Source: Nitrosopumilaceae archaeon (GTDB taxonomy: Archaea; Thermoproteota; Nitrososphaeria; Nitrososphaerales; Nitrosopumilaceae). From it: a DNA stretch of 64,000 bases. Numbering within the stretch: position 1 is the stretch's first letter; each line of letters begins with the position of its first letter. The DNA lies in assembly GCA_965214835.1 (NCBI GenBank), contig CBDCCK010000002.1:3040001-3104000 (forward strand), written 5' to 3'. This document shows, piece by piece, positions 29,814 through 39,445 of the stretch. The notes under the pieces are model-generated. The model was not told where the DNA came from. It did not search any database and saw only the letters and a list, made by a program, of their open reading frames with translations. A program made the position numbers and the translations under genes.

Positions 29814-30803
29814 CTAGCGGGCTTCCAGGCCGGATCGCCTTGCATTGAAACGGCCAAGCACCAAGAACAGGATGGATATTGCGCCGGATGCGACAAAAAG
29901 CAGCTCCAGGCTGCCAAGCAGTGAGTGGGAGTACGCATCATCCAAGGAAATGTCGTTTACAAACGCGACAAAGTAGACGTATGAGAGGACGAAATAGTTT
30001 GTAGCCCAGTGCAGCATTATTGCGGCCAACAGCCCGTACCGATAGTATACCCAGCCAATGATCACGCCGGCGGCGGATGCCTGGGCAAACTTGCCACCGC
30101 CCCATGGCTCGCCCGAAAGCACGTGGGCCAAGCCAAACAGGATGCCGACTGCCGCAATCAGCGCAAGCACGCGCCCCGGGCCTGCAGCGTCCAGATTCTC
30201 AAAGGGATTCCACAGGGATGCTGCAAGCCTCCCAGGCGAGGCCCTGCGGCCGAACATCAGGTAAAGGGGCAGTCCGATCAGGATTACGCGGAACCCGATC
30301 TCCTCTACGAGGGGCGCCAGGCTGGCCGAAAAAAACTGCGTCAGATCGTTGTCAAAACTCGGAGGCTCTATGGCTATTCCAAAGGAGCCCTGAACCGCAT
30401 CGACTACGGCAGAGACAACAACCAAAACCCCAAACCACTGAAGCATCGAGACCAGGTAGTTTGACGAGGAGTCCCTTCCAGATGACAGGATGAGGGCAAG
30501 CGACTTGATGAAGTTTTGCCCGGGGCCCAGGATGCCAATGGCAAACAGGATTACAAACACCGACCAGATCACGATAAAGCCGTCCCCAATTGCAACCTCA
30601 AACGGAAGCGGTTCAAGCAGGGACTCGATCCCAGAATAGACGTACGCCAGCGGATACTCGTGCGTGATATCCCGGCCGACGTCGGAATTGAAAAAGACGT
30701 ACGCCCCGACCGGAAAGGACAGCAGCATCATTCCAAAGATTATCGACAGTAGTGCAGAGTGCGGAATCCCAAGTCCCCGGAGTATTCTGTCAGTTTCCTG
30801 CAA
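29814..30803 (-). CDS. CPBP/CAAX (Abi) family intramembrane metalloprotease
   Basis: PLVEEIGFR, LFGLAH and AIMLHWATN motifs; multiple TM helices. Confidence 0.9.
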   Translation of the reverse strand: MQETDRILRGLGIPHSALLSIIFGMMLLSFPVGAYVFFNSDVGRDITHEYPLAYVYSGIESLLEPLPFEVAIGDGFIVIWSVFVILFAIGILGPGQNFIKSLALILSSGRDSSSNYLVSMLQWFGVLVVVSAVVDAVQGSFGIAIEPPSFDNDLTQFFSASLAPLVEEIGFRVILIGLPLYLMFGRRASPGRLAASLWNPFENLDAAGPGRVLALIAAVGILFGLAHVLSGEPWGGGKFAQASAAGVIIGWVYYRYGLLAAIMLHWATNYFVLSYVYFVAFVNDISLDDAYSHSLLGSLELLFVASGAISILFLVLGRFNARRSGLEAR

Positions 30804-30810
30804 TTCTGGT

Positions 30811-31119
30811 CTAGTGCAGCTCTATTGAGGACTCTGCAAACCCCAAGTCGACAAGCGTGTCCTTGAGGGTATCGCGATGATCGCCTTGCAGGAAGATGTA
30901 TCCCTCCTTGGCGGTGCCGCCGCACGCGTACTTGTTCTTCAAGTCCTTTGCGACGCGCTCTAGATCGTTTAGCTTTGGATCAAGGCCCTCAATCATGGTG
31001 CCCTTTTTCTTAAAGCGGCGGGTTTCTAGCCGGATGATAATTTTCGTACTGTCCTTGGCTAGGTCGCCACAGGCACACAGATCTTCGGGAAGGCCACACG
31101 TATTACAAATTACTGCCAT
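30811..31119 (-). CDS. sui1: Translation factor SUI1/aIF1 (YciH-like)
   Basis: CNTCGLPEDLCAC, LKNKYACGGT and LQGDHR motifs. Confidence 0.95.
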   Translation of the reverse strand: MAVICNTCGLPEDLCACGDLAKDSTKIIIRLETRRFKKKGTMIEGLDPKLNDLERVAKDLKNKYACGGTAKEGYIFLQGDHRDTLKDTLVDLGFAESSIELH

Positions 31120-31172
31120 TCGTTCGTTACAATTCCCCCACACACACTATTAAGCCTTTTAGTCGCCACTGG

Positions 31173-31263
31173 GTATGTGGTCACCTGCCCCTATCAATAG
31201 GCATGAATTGGCATGTACAATGTGATTTTCGTACCTAGATAGCAAGGGGACGTGACCACGTAC
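31173..31263. mobile_element. 91-bp family-A MITE
   Basis: GTATGTGGTCAC / GTGACCACGTAC; 8-bp duplication GCCACTGG. Confidence 0.9.
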
Positions 31264-31271
31264 GCCACTGG

Positions 31272-31916
31272 GCAATTGGCTAGGTTGAGCACACGGGCCC
31301 GGGTGGGAAGCAGGCACGAATCCTATGCTGCCGCAGGCACCCAGGCCAGATTGGCCGGTGCATCCGGCCCGCGCATGCACCATGTCCTGATGCACGATAT
31401 CAAGGTGCCAAACATCCCCCATGCCGGCAGGGATGCGCAGCCTTTACCGCACGCCCCCCTGTATGACTGCCCTGCGCAGCGCCCTCTCGGCCCTGCTGTT
31501 GGTAGGCTCCATGCCCGGATACCTGACAAAGGTGAACAGGTACGGGCCGCAGCTGCAAGCGTGCCTCCAAGGCTGTACCACATCTAGGCATACTGAGCGG
31601 CTAGGGCCTCTGCGGGCGATATCATTTCGGTGCAGTCGTGATCGGGGGGCATGTGCTTGGCCTCGCAGAGTACGGGCTGCAGACGCCTGTACAGTGATTC
31701 CCCGGTACATCCCTTGGGTACATGCTGCCCGGTAAGCCAGACTATTATCCAATCCCCGTCTGTGATGGCCTCATCCTTGCCGGACTCGGCCATGGTGCGG
31801 GCCCAGCTCATCGCGCAATATCTGGGATCCCTGAGCCAGGCAATGGGTCAGGCATGACCGGGGCGCTTATCGCGTGGTGATCAAAAATTGGCCTTGTGCT
31901 CGGCCCAAGCGGTTAC
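31272..31916 (-). mobile_element. Internally deleted IS66 remnant (family E ends)
   Basis: YLFTFVRYPGMEPTNSRAERALRRAV fragment; eroded TIR rc GTAACCGCTTGGGCCGAGCAC. Confidence 0.75.
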
Positions 31917-31962
31917 AGGCACGGGGCAAACACTATTTTTAGCAAGGAATCAAACAAGCATC

Positions 31963-32298
31963 ATGGCAGAGGATCTTACAAAAAAGGCAGCAGAGATGCT
32001 TCTGCGCGGTGCCACGCTTGTCAGCCAGCCATGCCCGTACTGCAGCGGCGTGAGAGTCATCAAGGACGGAAACGCGCTGTGTACAAGCTGCGGAAGGAGG
32101 CCGGGGGGGAAAGAGACTGGAAAAGACGCGACGGTGCAGGCACCCGCAGCGCTGCAGATTCTGGAAAAAAAGCTAGATGCGCTATCAAGGGAGCTGGAGG
32201 GAGAGACGGATCACGGCAGGCAGCAGGAGATCATCAGGGCAGTGGACTCTCTGATTGATGCCATTGCCAAGCTCAAGGACGGCAATCAATCAGGCTGA
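31963..32298 (+). CDS. Zinc-ribbon protein, autoantigen p27/SSSCA1 (UPF0148) family
   Basis: AAEMLLRGATLVSQPCPYC...CTSC plus a helical C-terminus. Confidence 0.85.
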   Translation: MAEDLTKKAAEMLLRGATLVSQPCPYCSGVRVIKDGNALCTSCGRRPGGKETGKDATVQAPAALQILEKKLDALSRELEGETDHGRQQEIIRAVDSLIDAIAKLKDGNQSG

Positions 32299-32456
32299 GC
32301 ACGTAAGGACTAAGACAGGCATGGATCCTAGATTGCCGCAGGCACCCAGGCCAGCTTCAGATACGTCCAGTCCGCGTATGATCCAGGTTGTGTAGCCTGC
32401 GCATATGGATCTAGGGGTGATCAGAAATTGGCCTTGTGCCCAGCCCAAGCGGTTGC
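32282..32456. mobile_element. 175-bp family-E MITE (deletion derivative of 31272-31916)
   Basis: Shares GCCGCAGGCACCCAGGCCAG and GGTGATCA.AAATTGGCCTTGTGC..GCCCAAGCGGTTRC with 31272-31916. Confidence 0.75.
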
Positions 32457-32518
32457 ATTCAGTATCGTCATCAATGCTTAACTTGCTGTGAAGGGCAGCT
32501 GACATCATGCCAAGGGCG

Positions 32519-32607
32519 GCAAGAGCTTACCCCCTAGGCGAGACTGCAGGTCAGGGCCCTGACTGCCGTACCTGCCACGCCGTATTTTCGGGGAGATAAG
32601 CTCTTAC
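32519..32607. mobile_element. 89-bp MITE (family D)
   Basis: TIR GCAAGAGCTTACCCCC / GGAGATAAGCTCTTAC; direct repeat CCAAGGGCG at 32510-32518 and 32608-32616. Confidence 0.8.
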
Positions 32608-32658
32608 CCAAGGGCGTGCAATAACGTTTTTAAGTAAATATTCGATTCGTAGGATATC

Positions 32659-32823
32659 ATGGCAGAGAAGAAGGGGGCACCGCTTCCGGCATCAAGTGCG
32701 GGACTGCTCAGGTTCTTTGAGGATGAGACCAAGGGATTCAAGATTGATCCAAGAATCGTAGTCACCATCCCAATCGGTTTGATTGCCCTCTCATGGGCTT
32801 TGGATTTGTTGCTAGTATCGTGA
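32659..32823 (+). CDS. secG: Preprotein translocase subunit Sec61beta (archaeal SecG)
   Basis: MAEKKGAPLPASSAGLLRFFEDETKGFKIDP followed by a TM helix; 54 aa, missing from the ORF track. Confidence 0.92.
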   Translation: MAEKKGAPLPASSAGLLRFFEDETKGFKIDPRIVVTIPIGLIALSWALDLLLVS

Positions 32824-32830
32824 AATCACA

Positions 32831-34570
32831 ATGGATGATTCGGCAGACAATGTTTCGGGGATTCACAAGCGCTACACACTTACGTTGTTCAACCCGTCAT
32901 CGCACTACCAGTCACTGATTCTTTCCGTCGGCGTGGCCGCTGCAATAGCTGCCCTGGCCTCGCTCAGCTATGACATAACGGACAGCCTTCTGCCTGCGGT
33001 GGCGCTGATTGTACCGGTCATGCTTGCCACGCAGGCAGTCGACTCTAGGCTAATCCGAAACAGGGAATACTCAAAGGCGTTACACATGTCGCTGTTTGGC
33101 AACCTGATCTGGCTGATCACTGCGGCATCAGCAGTGCTTGCGGCACATGTCTTGGACAAGCCAGAGGCCTCAGTAATGCACCTTGTCATAGGGATGTTTC
33201 TGTTTGTGAGCTTTAGGATCGGAATACTTACAACGGTGCTGGGGGTAAGCCTGAAAAGGGCGTGGCTGTTTTGCTTCATCCAGCCGCTTCCGATGCTACT
33301 GGTCCTTTTGCCTGTTGACAGATGGGAGTCGACGCTGGCAGATCCGCTCACTCTGGCGTTTGGAGCGGCCTTTATTGCTATCGCATCGGTATGGTCCAGA
33401 ATGACGGACAATGCAGGAAGGCCCGGGGTCGAGAGCACCCACAGGCTCATACAGGTATACCTTTCATCGCAGGGCAGCGACAACGAGCAGATCGAGGCCA
33501 TAATAGAGGATCGCTCCAGTCCCTCCACGATCAAGACGCACCAGATCCGCCTGGAAAACGAAAAGGACGTCGATGTAAGGCTGGTGCTGCCAGGCATTCA
33601 TCCGGGCCCGTACCACCCGATCGGGGGAAGCAACATCCCGTTTAGGATCTACGAGGCGCTGGGCTCCTCGGCGATGGTCATGCACAGCATATCTGATCAC
33701 TCGCTGAACATACCGTCACAGAGGCAGGTGGAGCAGTACATTACGGACCTCAAGGAGACCTCGACGATAGACCGTGGAATGACGTGCACCGAGCCCGTGG
33801 TAGTCCAGATAAACAGGGCAAGGGTTACAGGGCTGTTGTTTGATAAAAAGCCGATCCTGTTTTTGTCGCTCTCTCCCCACGGAATGGAGGATCTACCAAG
33901 CTACATCAAGACCGAGATCGAGCAGTTTGCCAGAAACAGGAACTTTGAGCAGGTTCTGGTAGTGGACTGCCACAATGCAATGGGCGGGGAGATTTCAAAG
34001 TCAGACTCGGAGGACATGTTAAAGGCGGCAAAGTCATGCCTGGACACCCTGATCACCAAGGAGAAGCATCCGCTTGAGTTCGGGTACGCAAACTCGAGCA
34101 AGCTGAACCTGTACACCGTGGATCTGGCAAACGGGGGACTTGGAATACTGTGCCTGAAGATAAGGGATCAAAAGTACTTCCTCGGGTGGGCAGACGCAAA
34201 CAACATGGAAAACGGGGTGAGGGAGAGGATCGTCGAGGAGTTCAAGTACAACGGATACTGCCTACTAGAGCTTTTCACGTCAGACACCCACTTTTCACAG
34301 GTAAGGGTGCGCAACAAAAACGGGTATTACCAGTTCGGGGTGATGTCAGAGCCCGAGGAGATTGCGGCGTGGTACCTGAAGATAGCAAGGGACGCAGAGG
34401 ACAACCTCAGTCCGGGAAGGTTTGAGCTGCTGCGAAACACGTCAAAAATCAAGATCATGGGGCCCAAGATCTTTGAGGACTACAAGGTGGCAATAGACAA
34501 TTCGCTGAGAATCACAAAGTTTTTTGCAGGCGGGGGCTTTGCGCTGTTTATCTCGAGCCTGTTCCTATAG
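32831..34570 (+). CDS. DUF2070-family membrane protein
   Basis: N-terminal TM bundle; IHPGP...GGSN, DCHN, DANN and TSDTH motifs; follows Sec61beta. Confidence 0.85.
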   Translation: MDDSADNVSGIHKRYTLTLFNPSSHYQSLILSVGVAAAIAALASLSYDITDSLLPAVALIVPVMLATQAVDSRLIRNREYSKALHMSLFGNLIWLITAASAVLAAHVLDKPEASVMHLVIGMFLFVSFRIGILTTVLGVSLKRAWLFCFIQPLPMLLVLLPVDRWESTLADPLTLAFGAAFIAIASVWSRMTDNAGRPGVESTHRLIQVYLSSQGSDNEQIEAIIEDRSSPSTIKTHQIRLENEKDVDVRLVLPGIHPGPYHPIGGSNIPFRIYEALGSSAMVMHSISDHSLNIPSQRQVEQYITDLKETSTIDRGMTCTEPVVVQINRARVTGLLFDKKPILFLSLSPHGMEDLPSYIKTEIEQFARNRNFEQVLVVDCHNAMGGEISKSDSEDMLKAAKSCLDTLITKEKHPLEFGYANSSKLNLYTVDLANGGLGILCLKIRDQKYFLGWADANNMENGVRERIVEEFKYNGYCLLELFTSDTHFSQVRVRNKNGYYQFGVMSEPEEIAAWYLKIARDAEDNLSPGRFELLRNTSKIKIMGPKIFEDYKVAIDNSLRITKFFAGGGFALFISSLFL

Positions 34571-35171
34571 TCCTCAGATCATCGAGGTTTCCGTAAAACT
34601 CGTCGACAAAGGATGGGAACTGCAGGATTGGAACTATGGGCACGCGGTCAATAAAGTCGATTCTGTCATGGTATAGTGTGACGATCACGGGGATGGCCAC
34701 GGAGCCCTCCGTCCTTGCGACATACTGCTTGGTGCGTTCGACCTGCTTTTTGACCACGCCGCGCAGCAAGGAGGCGCCGTATCGCCGCCAGTGCTTGCAG
34801 TCCACTAGGATCGCAACCCCGAGGTTTACGCCTACCACGTCAATCTCCATCCTAGGCTTTGTCAGGATCAGGTTCCTCATGGTTGCAAAGCCCTTGGATT
34901 CGAGGATCTTGGCGGCCAGGCCCTCAAAGGACCTCCAGTCCAGGTGGACTGCGACGTCGTCAACCGGGACGCCTTTTTCAATCAGCATCAGGGCCGCAGA
35001 CAGCCTGTCGGAGGGCTCAAAGACATACTGCCGGCCCGCACGCCTGCCTATCCCGTTCTCAACCAGGGTCTCAAGCATCTGTGAGCAGGCAGGGACATCC
35101 ATCCCGGTTACGGCCGAAAAGTCATCAGGCGATATCCCGCCCGGGACTATCGCAGGCAGGGCATCAAGCAT
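34548..35171 (-). CDS. PD-(D/E)xK restriction-endonuclease-like protein (Mrr/NERD-like) with an N-terminal wHTH
   Basis: LDWRSFEGL...GF, MEIDVVG and VDCKHW motifs; start uncertain (35171 or 35186). Confidence 0.75.
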   Translation of the reverse strand: MLDALPAIVPGGISPDDFSAVTGMDVPACSQMLETLVENGIGRRAGRQYVFEPSDRLSAALMLIEKGVPVDDVAVHLDWRSFEGLAAKILESKGFATMRNLILTKPRMEIDVVGVNLGVAILVDCKHWRRYGASLLRGVVKKQVERTKQYVARTEGSVAIPVIVTLYHDRIDFIDRVPIVPILQFPSFVDEFYGNLDDLRTIGTGSR

Positions 35172-35298
35172 GGACGATATGTTCACAGCGGGGATCAGGG
35201 CCGGCGCAACTTTAAGTGTTTTACGGGGACGCCGACCCGCGGGCGTCCTGCCGCGGCCCCGATCTTTTGGATTCGGCCCCGGGGGGCTCGGGCCCGCA

Positions 35299-36786
35299 TC
35301 AGGGCGATGCTGCAATGACGCCGTTCTCAATCAGCCACGTAATTCCGTCCACAAAGACCCTGTCGCCGATGATTCCCGCAGACCAGGCTCCTGTGGCGTC
35401 CCTTACCCAGCTTGGAACGGAACCGGCCGCATCTCCTGCCGCCTCGGTCGGCGGGATTACAATGACGCCGTTGTCTATCAGCCACCCAATGCTCTGCAAA
35501 AAGGTAGAGTCGTCGGTTATCCCCATCGACCAGGCCTCCGCACTGCCCTTGATCCAGCTTGGAAGATTGATCTGGGCATCCGCTACAGACGGGACTGTAA
35601 TCCCGGACTGATCGTTTTGTTGAACGGTTATGGGCACCAGCAGGTAGTCAGTCGGAGTCCTGGTAAAGTCGGGCACGACAAACTCGGGCGCCAGGCCATA
35701 CACCATTATCAGGTAGTTGTTCTCGCCGGCAGGCTCTCTTGCAAGCATTGTCCTCTCTGCCAGCCCGGAGGTGGAGTACAGGGATTTTCTTGCGTCCTCG
35801 TCGGCCAGGCTTCGAAGTGGCGGGAATGTGATATCGTCATCAACCACCATTATGTCATACTGGACCTGGTTCAGGAATTCGGTCTCGTCATAGGGCTCGA
35901 ACTTTATCAGCCACTCGATGTCACATCCCTGTTTTGGCTGCTCGGGCTTGTACAGCACCTCTAGGTTGTAGTTAAACTGCGCGGTGGGTTTTTTGAGGGA
36001 GGTAAACTGCAGCTGATCAACATCCGGGCACCCCAGCGCCTGCCGGACCTGCCCGTCGTCCTGTATGCCGGCAAACGGATCCTCCTGCACGTTCTCCCTG
36101 TAGTCAAGCAGTGTCAGGGCATACTCCTGCAGATGCTGGCCCTCTGCAACATGGGTCCAGGTGCTTGCCTTTACCGGAAACGGGAATCCATCCACGATCC
36201 AAATGTGGCTGTGCGCGCCGCCTGTCTTCCATCCAACACGTATGGCATCAAAGGTTCCGGCGGGAACCGTTACGGACTCGGCCGCCTGTGGGGCCACCTG
36301 CACGCCTCCTATGTCTCCAATCTTGGCCCACGATGGCCTGCTGAACTCCTTTGGTCCTTTCCCGCCCTCGCCGCCATATGATGTCGCAAATGAGGACAGC
36401 CATGATATCGAGGACTTGATTGCGACGCGGTAGGTCGCCAGGTTATCAGTACCCTCGGTCGGCTCGGCCGTAATCTTGCCAAACTCCAGCTCCCCCTTGT
36501 GAACCCTGCCGCCGTCATAGACTACTGCCTGTGCCAGCCACTTTGCCTCAGAGCCCACCTGCCTGTCCCCCTGAATCCAAAAGTCGACCTCAAAGAAGGT
36601 ACACTCCTTATAGTCAACATGGCAGAGGCGGTACGAGAAATAGTCACCCTGCTTGAGTCCCTCGCCCAGCCACCACTCCCCGGGAACCTGGATGCCGCCC
36701 CCAATCTGCGACGCGTGTGCAGCTGACGCCGTCGAGAGTAGGGCAACGGCTGCGCCCAGCACCAATGCGGAAATTACGGCCTTCAA
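35299..36786 (-). CDS. Secreted thaumarchaeal surface protein with two C-terminal PSW repeats
   Basis: Signal peptide; LPSWIK..A.AW..G...D..F...I.WLI.NGVI repeated twice. Confidence 0.8.
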   Translation of the reverse strand: MKAVISALVLGAAVALLSTASAAHASQIGGGIQVPGEWWLGEGLKQGDYFSYRLCHVDYKECTFFEVDFWIQGDRQVGSEAKWLAQAVVYDGGRVHKGELEFGKITAEPTEGTDNLATYRVAIKSSISWLSSFATSYGGEGGKGPKEFSRPSWAKIGDIGGVQVAPQAAESVTVPAGTFDAIRVGWKTGGAHSHIWIVDGFPFPVKASTWTHVAEGQHLQEYALTLLDYRENVQEDPFAGIQDDGQVRQALGCPDVDQLQFTSLKKPTAQFNYNLEVLYKPEQPKQGCDIEWLIKFEPYDETEFLNQVQYDIMVVDDDITFPPLRSLADEDARKSLYSTSGLAERTMLAREPAGENNYLIMVYGLAPEFVVPDFTRTPTDYLLVPITVQQNDQSGITVPSVADAQINLPSWIKGSAEAWSMGITDDSTFLQSIGWLIDNGVIVIPPTEAAGDAAGSVPSWVRDATGAWSAGIIGDRVFVDGITWLIENGVIAASP

Positions 36787-36836
36787 GTGCCATATTGTAA
36801 AAAAATCCCTAGTTAAGCCTTGTTCATATTTCAGCT

Positions 36837-37100
36837 GAGTACCCCAGATCCGGCGTCATGGAGAGGACTTGGGCTCCCTGAGATACACCGTCATGCACTC
36901 CTTGAACACCGGGCATCGTCGTGACGTTTTGCACCCCGGATTCCTCGACAGAGCAGCGCCCTAGCAGTTATCCACTCGTTGAACAGCATCATCGAGTAGT
37001 AAAAGCACAGGCGTCCTGGTGGCCAGGTCGGCGGTCCGGGTCTTGGCCCTGCTTAATCTTTCACACTGCCGTTTTATCTGCGCCTCAAAGGCCTCCTGTG
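36837..37100 (-). pseudogene. 3' remnant of an ISH3/IS4-like transposase (same family as 41575-42170)
   Basis: ~200 bp highly similar to 41594-41780; end motif GAGTACCCCAGATCC. Confidence 0.6.
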
Positions 37101-37489
37101 CGGCCTCCAAGGGTGGTCGCCTTGATCCTGTAGGTGTGCCACCGGGCAGAGGAACCGGCGCCGCTTGTACACGTCGTGGCGTTGATGCACCCGCCCACCG
37201 ATGCGTCATTGAGGGCACCGCGCATCATGCCGCGGCTCAGGTAGTCGATCCCGTATATGGCGTTGTGTTTCCCGGACATTCTGACACACGAGAGCATCTC
37301 CTTCCGCCATCTGTAACATGTTCATATATGCGCGGGTCGTTCTCAAGATCGCGGCACTTTCTGGATTTTTGTTTTATCACGAAAACCACGGGGCCGCACC
37401 CCGACTGATCCGTTTGCATCTGATAGTATTGTCAAGACGGTCTAAATTTCTTGGTTTTCTGCCTGACTGGGGTACTTTTCACTTAGCTG

Positions 37490-37990
37490 AAGCTGCAATG
37501 CAAAGGGCAAGGGCAGCGGCGACAAGTGGGGCCGGCTGGTGCGATGGTAGATCGGTGGCTGCCCCAAGGTGCCGATGGGTGATCTCTCAAAGGCAGGGAG
37601 ACAGGAGGGCCTATGGTATCCGAGGAGCACCGTGCTACGGCAGGAGGCGGATCGTCGGGATCGTGATACCTGCCATAAAGCGCATGTTCGGCGAGGACGT
37701 AAAGGCCCTCAAGTGGCTCAATATAGTGCAGGAGGGGGTTGTCGCCTAATTCGTCAGAATTTCTGAAAATCATACGATGTTATCCGGACTAGGCGTGCAA
37801 AAGTGCAGAAATTCAGAAAAACGTGCGGATTGAGTCCGGCAGGTGGAATTAGGCGACAACCCCGTGCAGGAGGTAAAGTTGAGGATATGGCTGCACAGCA
37901 AGTGGATCGCAGAGGCGCTGGCTGCCATGTGGGAGCCGAGCGCCGGCCACGATACTGGCGGATTGACTGGGCTCTAGTCGGAGCCATGTA
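37490..37990 (+). pseudogene. IS5-family transposase C-terminal remnant interrupted by a MITE
   Basis: YGRRRIVGIVIPAIKRMFGEDVKALKWLNIVQE|VKLRIWLH (YxxRxxxE-type helix); boundaries approximate. Confidence 0.65.
37735..37863. mobile_element. 129-bp MITE with an 18-bp perfect TIR and 9-bp target duplication (IS256-like signature)
   Basis: GGGGTTGTCGCCTAATTC / GAATTAGGCGACAACCCC; direct repeat GTGCAGGAG at 37726-37734 and 37864-37872. Confidence 0.92.
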
Positions 37991-38040
37991 ACAGACCAGC
38001 GCAACCCAAATATACAATTATAACATAGTATAAGTGGTGA

Positions 38041-38169
38041 ATGTGCATGGATAAGGAGACCAATGATGTTGAAGACATTGTCTTTGACGATAACGAAAAA
38101 ATTGAAATTGCCTGCTCGTACCCGGATGTGGAAACTGCTATAAAGGCGCTCCACGCTTCAGTCAAGTAA
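38041..38169 (+). CDS. Small acidic protein, putative antitoxin
   Basis: MCMDKETNDVEDIVFDDNEKIEIACSYPDVETAIKALHASVK; AT-rich upstream with TTATAA; TAATG coupling to the next ORF. Confidence 0.4.
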   Translation: MCMDKETNDVEDIVFDDNEKIEIACSYPDVETAIKALHASVK

Positions 38170-38331
38170 TGGCAATCTCAAAAAAACTCATTTCCTTTTC
38201 TAAAGATTTTAAAAAGCAGTATCCAAACAGGTCAAAACCCGTACGTGATGAAATTGATGCAATTCTTAAGGATGTTGGAAAGATGGTGCAATACATCAGA
38301 AAAAATGATCTGCCGCTCAGAAAAGCTAAAC

Positions 38332-39427
38332 TATACTGATGATCATTGAAAATTTCGCCTGATTACACATCTTGTAAAGGTTTATAGCTCCCCACCATGT
38401 CACTCCCGGCATGAACAAGACGAAAATCCTCACGGATGCCATGCATGTCGAAAAGGATCTCAAGATTCACACCAGAATCATGGCGGTGCGCTCCGTACTG
38501 CTTGGCAACACCACCGCACAGACTGCAGAGATTGCCGACGTGACACAGCGTACCGTACAGATGTGGATCAAGAGATTCGAGCTTGACGGCATCGACGGCC
38601 TCCGTGACTCCTAACAGGGACAAAAAACCAAAGGTTCCGGTCGGCAGGATAAAAAAGATCGCCACAAAGTTGCGTAGGATGGAAAAGCTCACCCCGAAGA
38701 AGCTGTGCAACCGGGTGCGCCGCAGGCTGCATGTCACATACAGCGTGGGAAGCATCAGAAGAATCCTGCGCACGATGGGATTCTCGCCAAAGACGTCAAC
38801 CACCAGGCTTGCAGATGCTGCCGACGCAAAGGCGGTAAGACGGTGGCAGGGGGTGGCAAGAACCGCGATCAAGCTTGCAAAAAGGCGCGGATTTAGGATA
38901 GCCGTACAGGACGAGTCGATATTCGTCAGTACGGGAAGGGACGGCAGAAAGTTCTGGTCGCCCGTGGGGGACAGGATCGAGGTGCAACGATCCGGCAGAA
39001 GGGAGCGCGTCGCGGTATACGGAACGATTGCAGACGACGGAACCCGGCTGATGCGCACATACGACAAGTTCAACAGCGCAAACTTTGTGCATTATCTCAA
39101 GCAGGTGCACAAAAAGCGGGGAAAGGTTCTGATTGTGATGGACAACGCAGCACAGCACAAGACCGGAAAGGTCCGCAGGTACCTGAAGAAAAATCCAGAC
39201 GTCGTCCTGCTGTACCTGCCGGTAGCCAGGCCGGAGCTGAGCGTCATAGAGGCAGTCTGGAAGGATGCCAAGTACGGGCCGGTCACGTCGGCATTTTACG
39301 AGACGGTAGATCACCTCAAAAGGGCCGTCTCGGAATACTTTAGGACGTGTTCCATCAAGGTTGACATCTATAGGTACCTTGAGCGCAGCTTGTAAGGGAG
39401 GCGAAATTTTCAATGGTCATCAGTATA
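38332..39427 (+). mobile_element. IS630-family element; transposase split into two frames (38411-38614, 38583-39395)
   Basis: TIR TATACTGATGATCATTGAAAATTTCGCCT with TA target; HTH plus QDES, MDNAAQH and PELSVIEAVW motifs. Confidence 0.93.
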
Positions 39428-39445
39428 GTTCTTAGAATAAAAAAG

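Noticed and set aside
32510-32616. Long GC-rich hairpin resembling a tRNA or SRP RNA
   Set aside because: No T-loop, anticodon geometry or SRP helix-8 motif; flanked by a 9-bp direct repeat, so called a MITE.
34548-35171. Restriction-endonuclease-like gene as part of a defence system
   Set aside because: GC content matches the core, it overlaps the DUF2070 gene end, and no methylase is adjacent; probably a conserved housekeeping nuclease.
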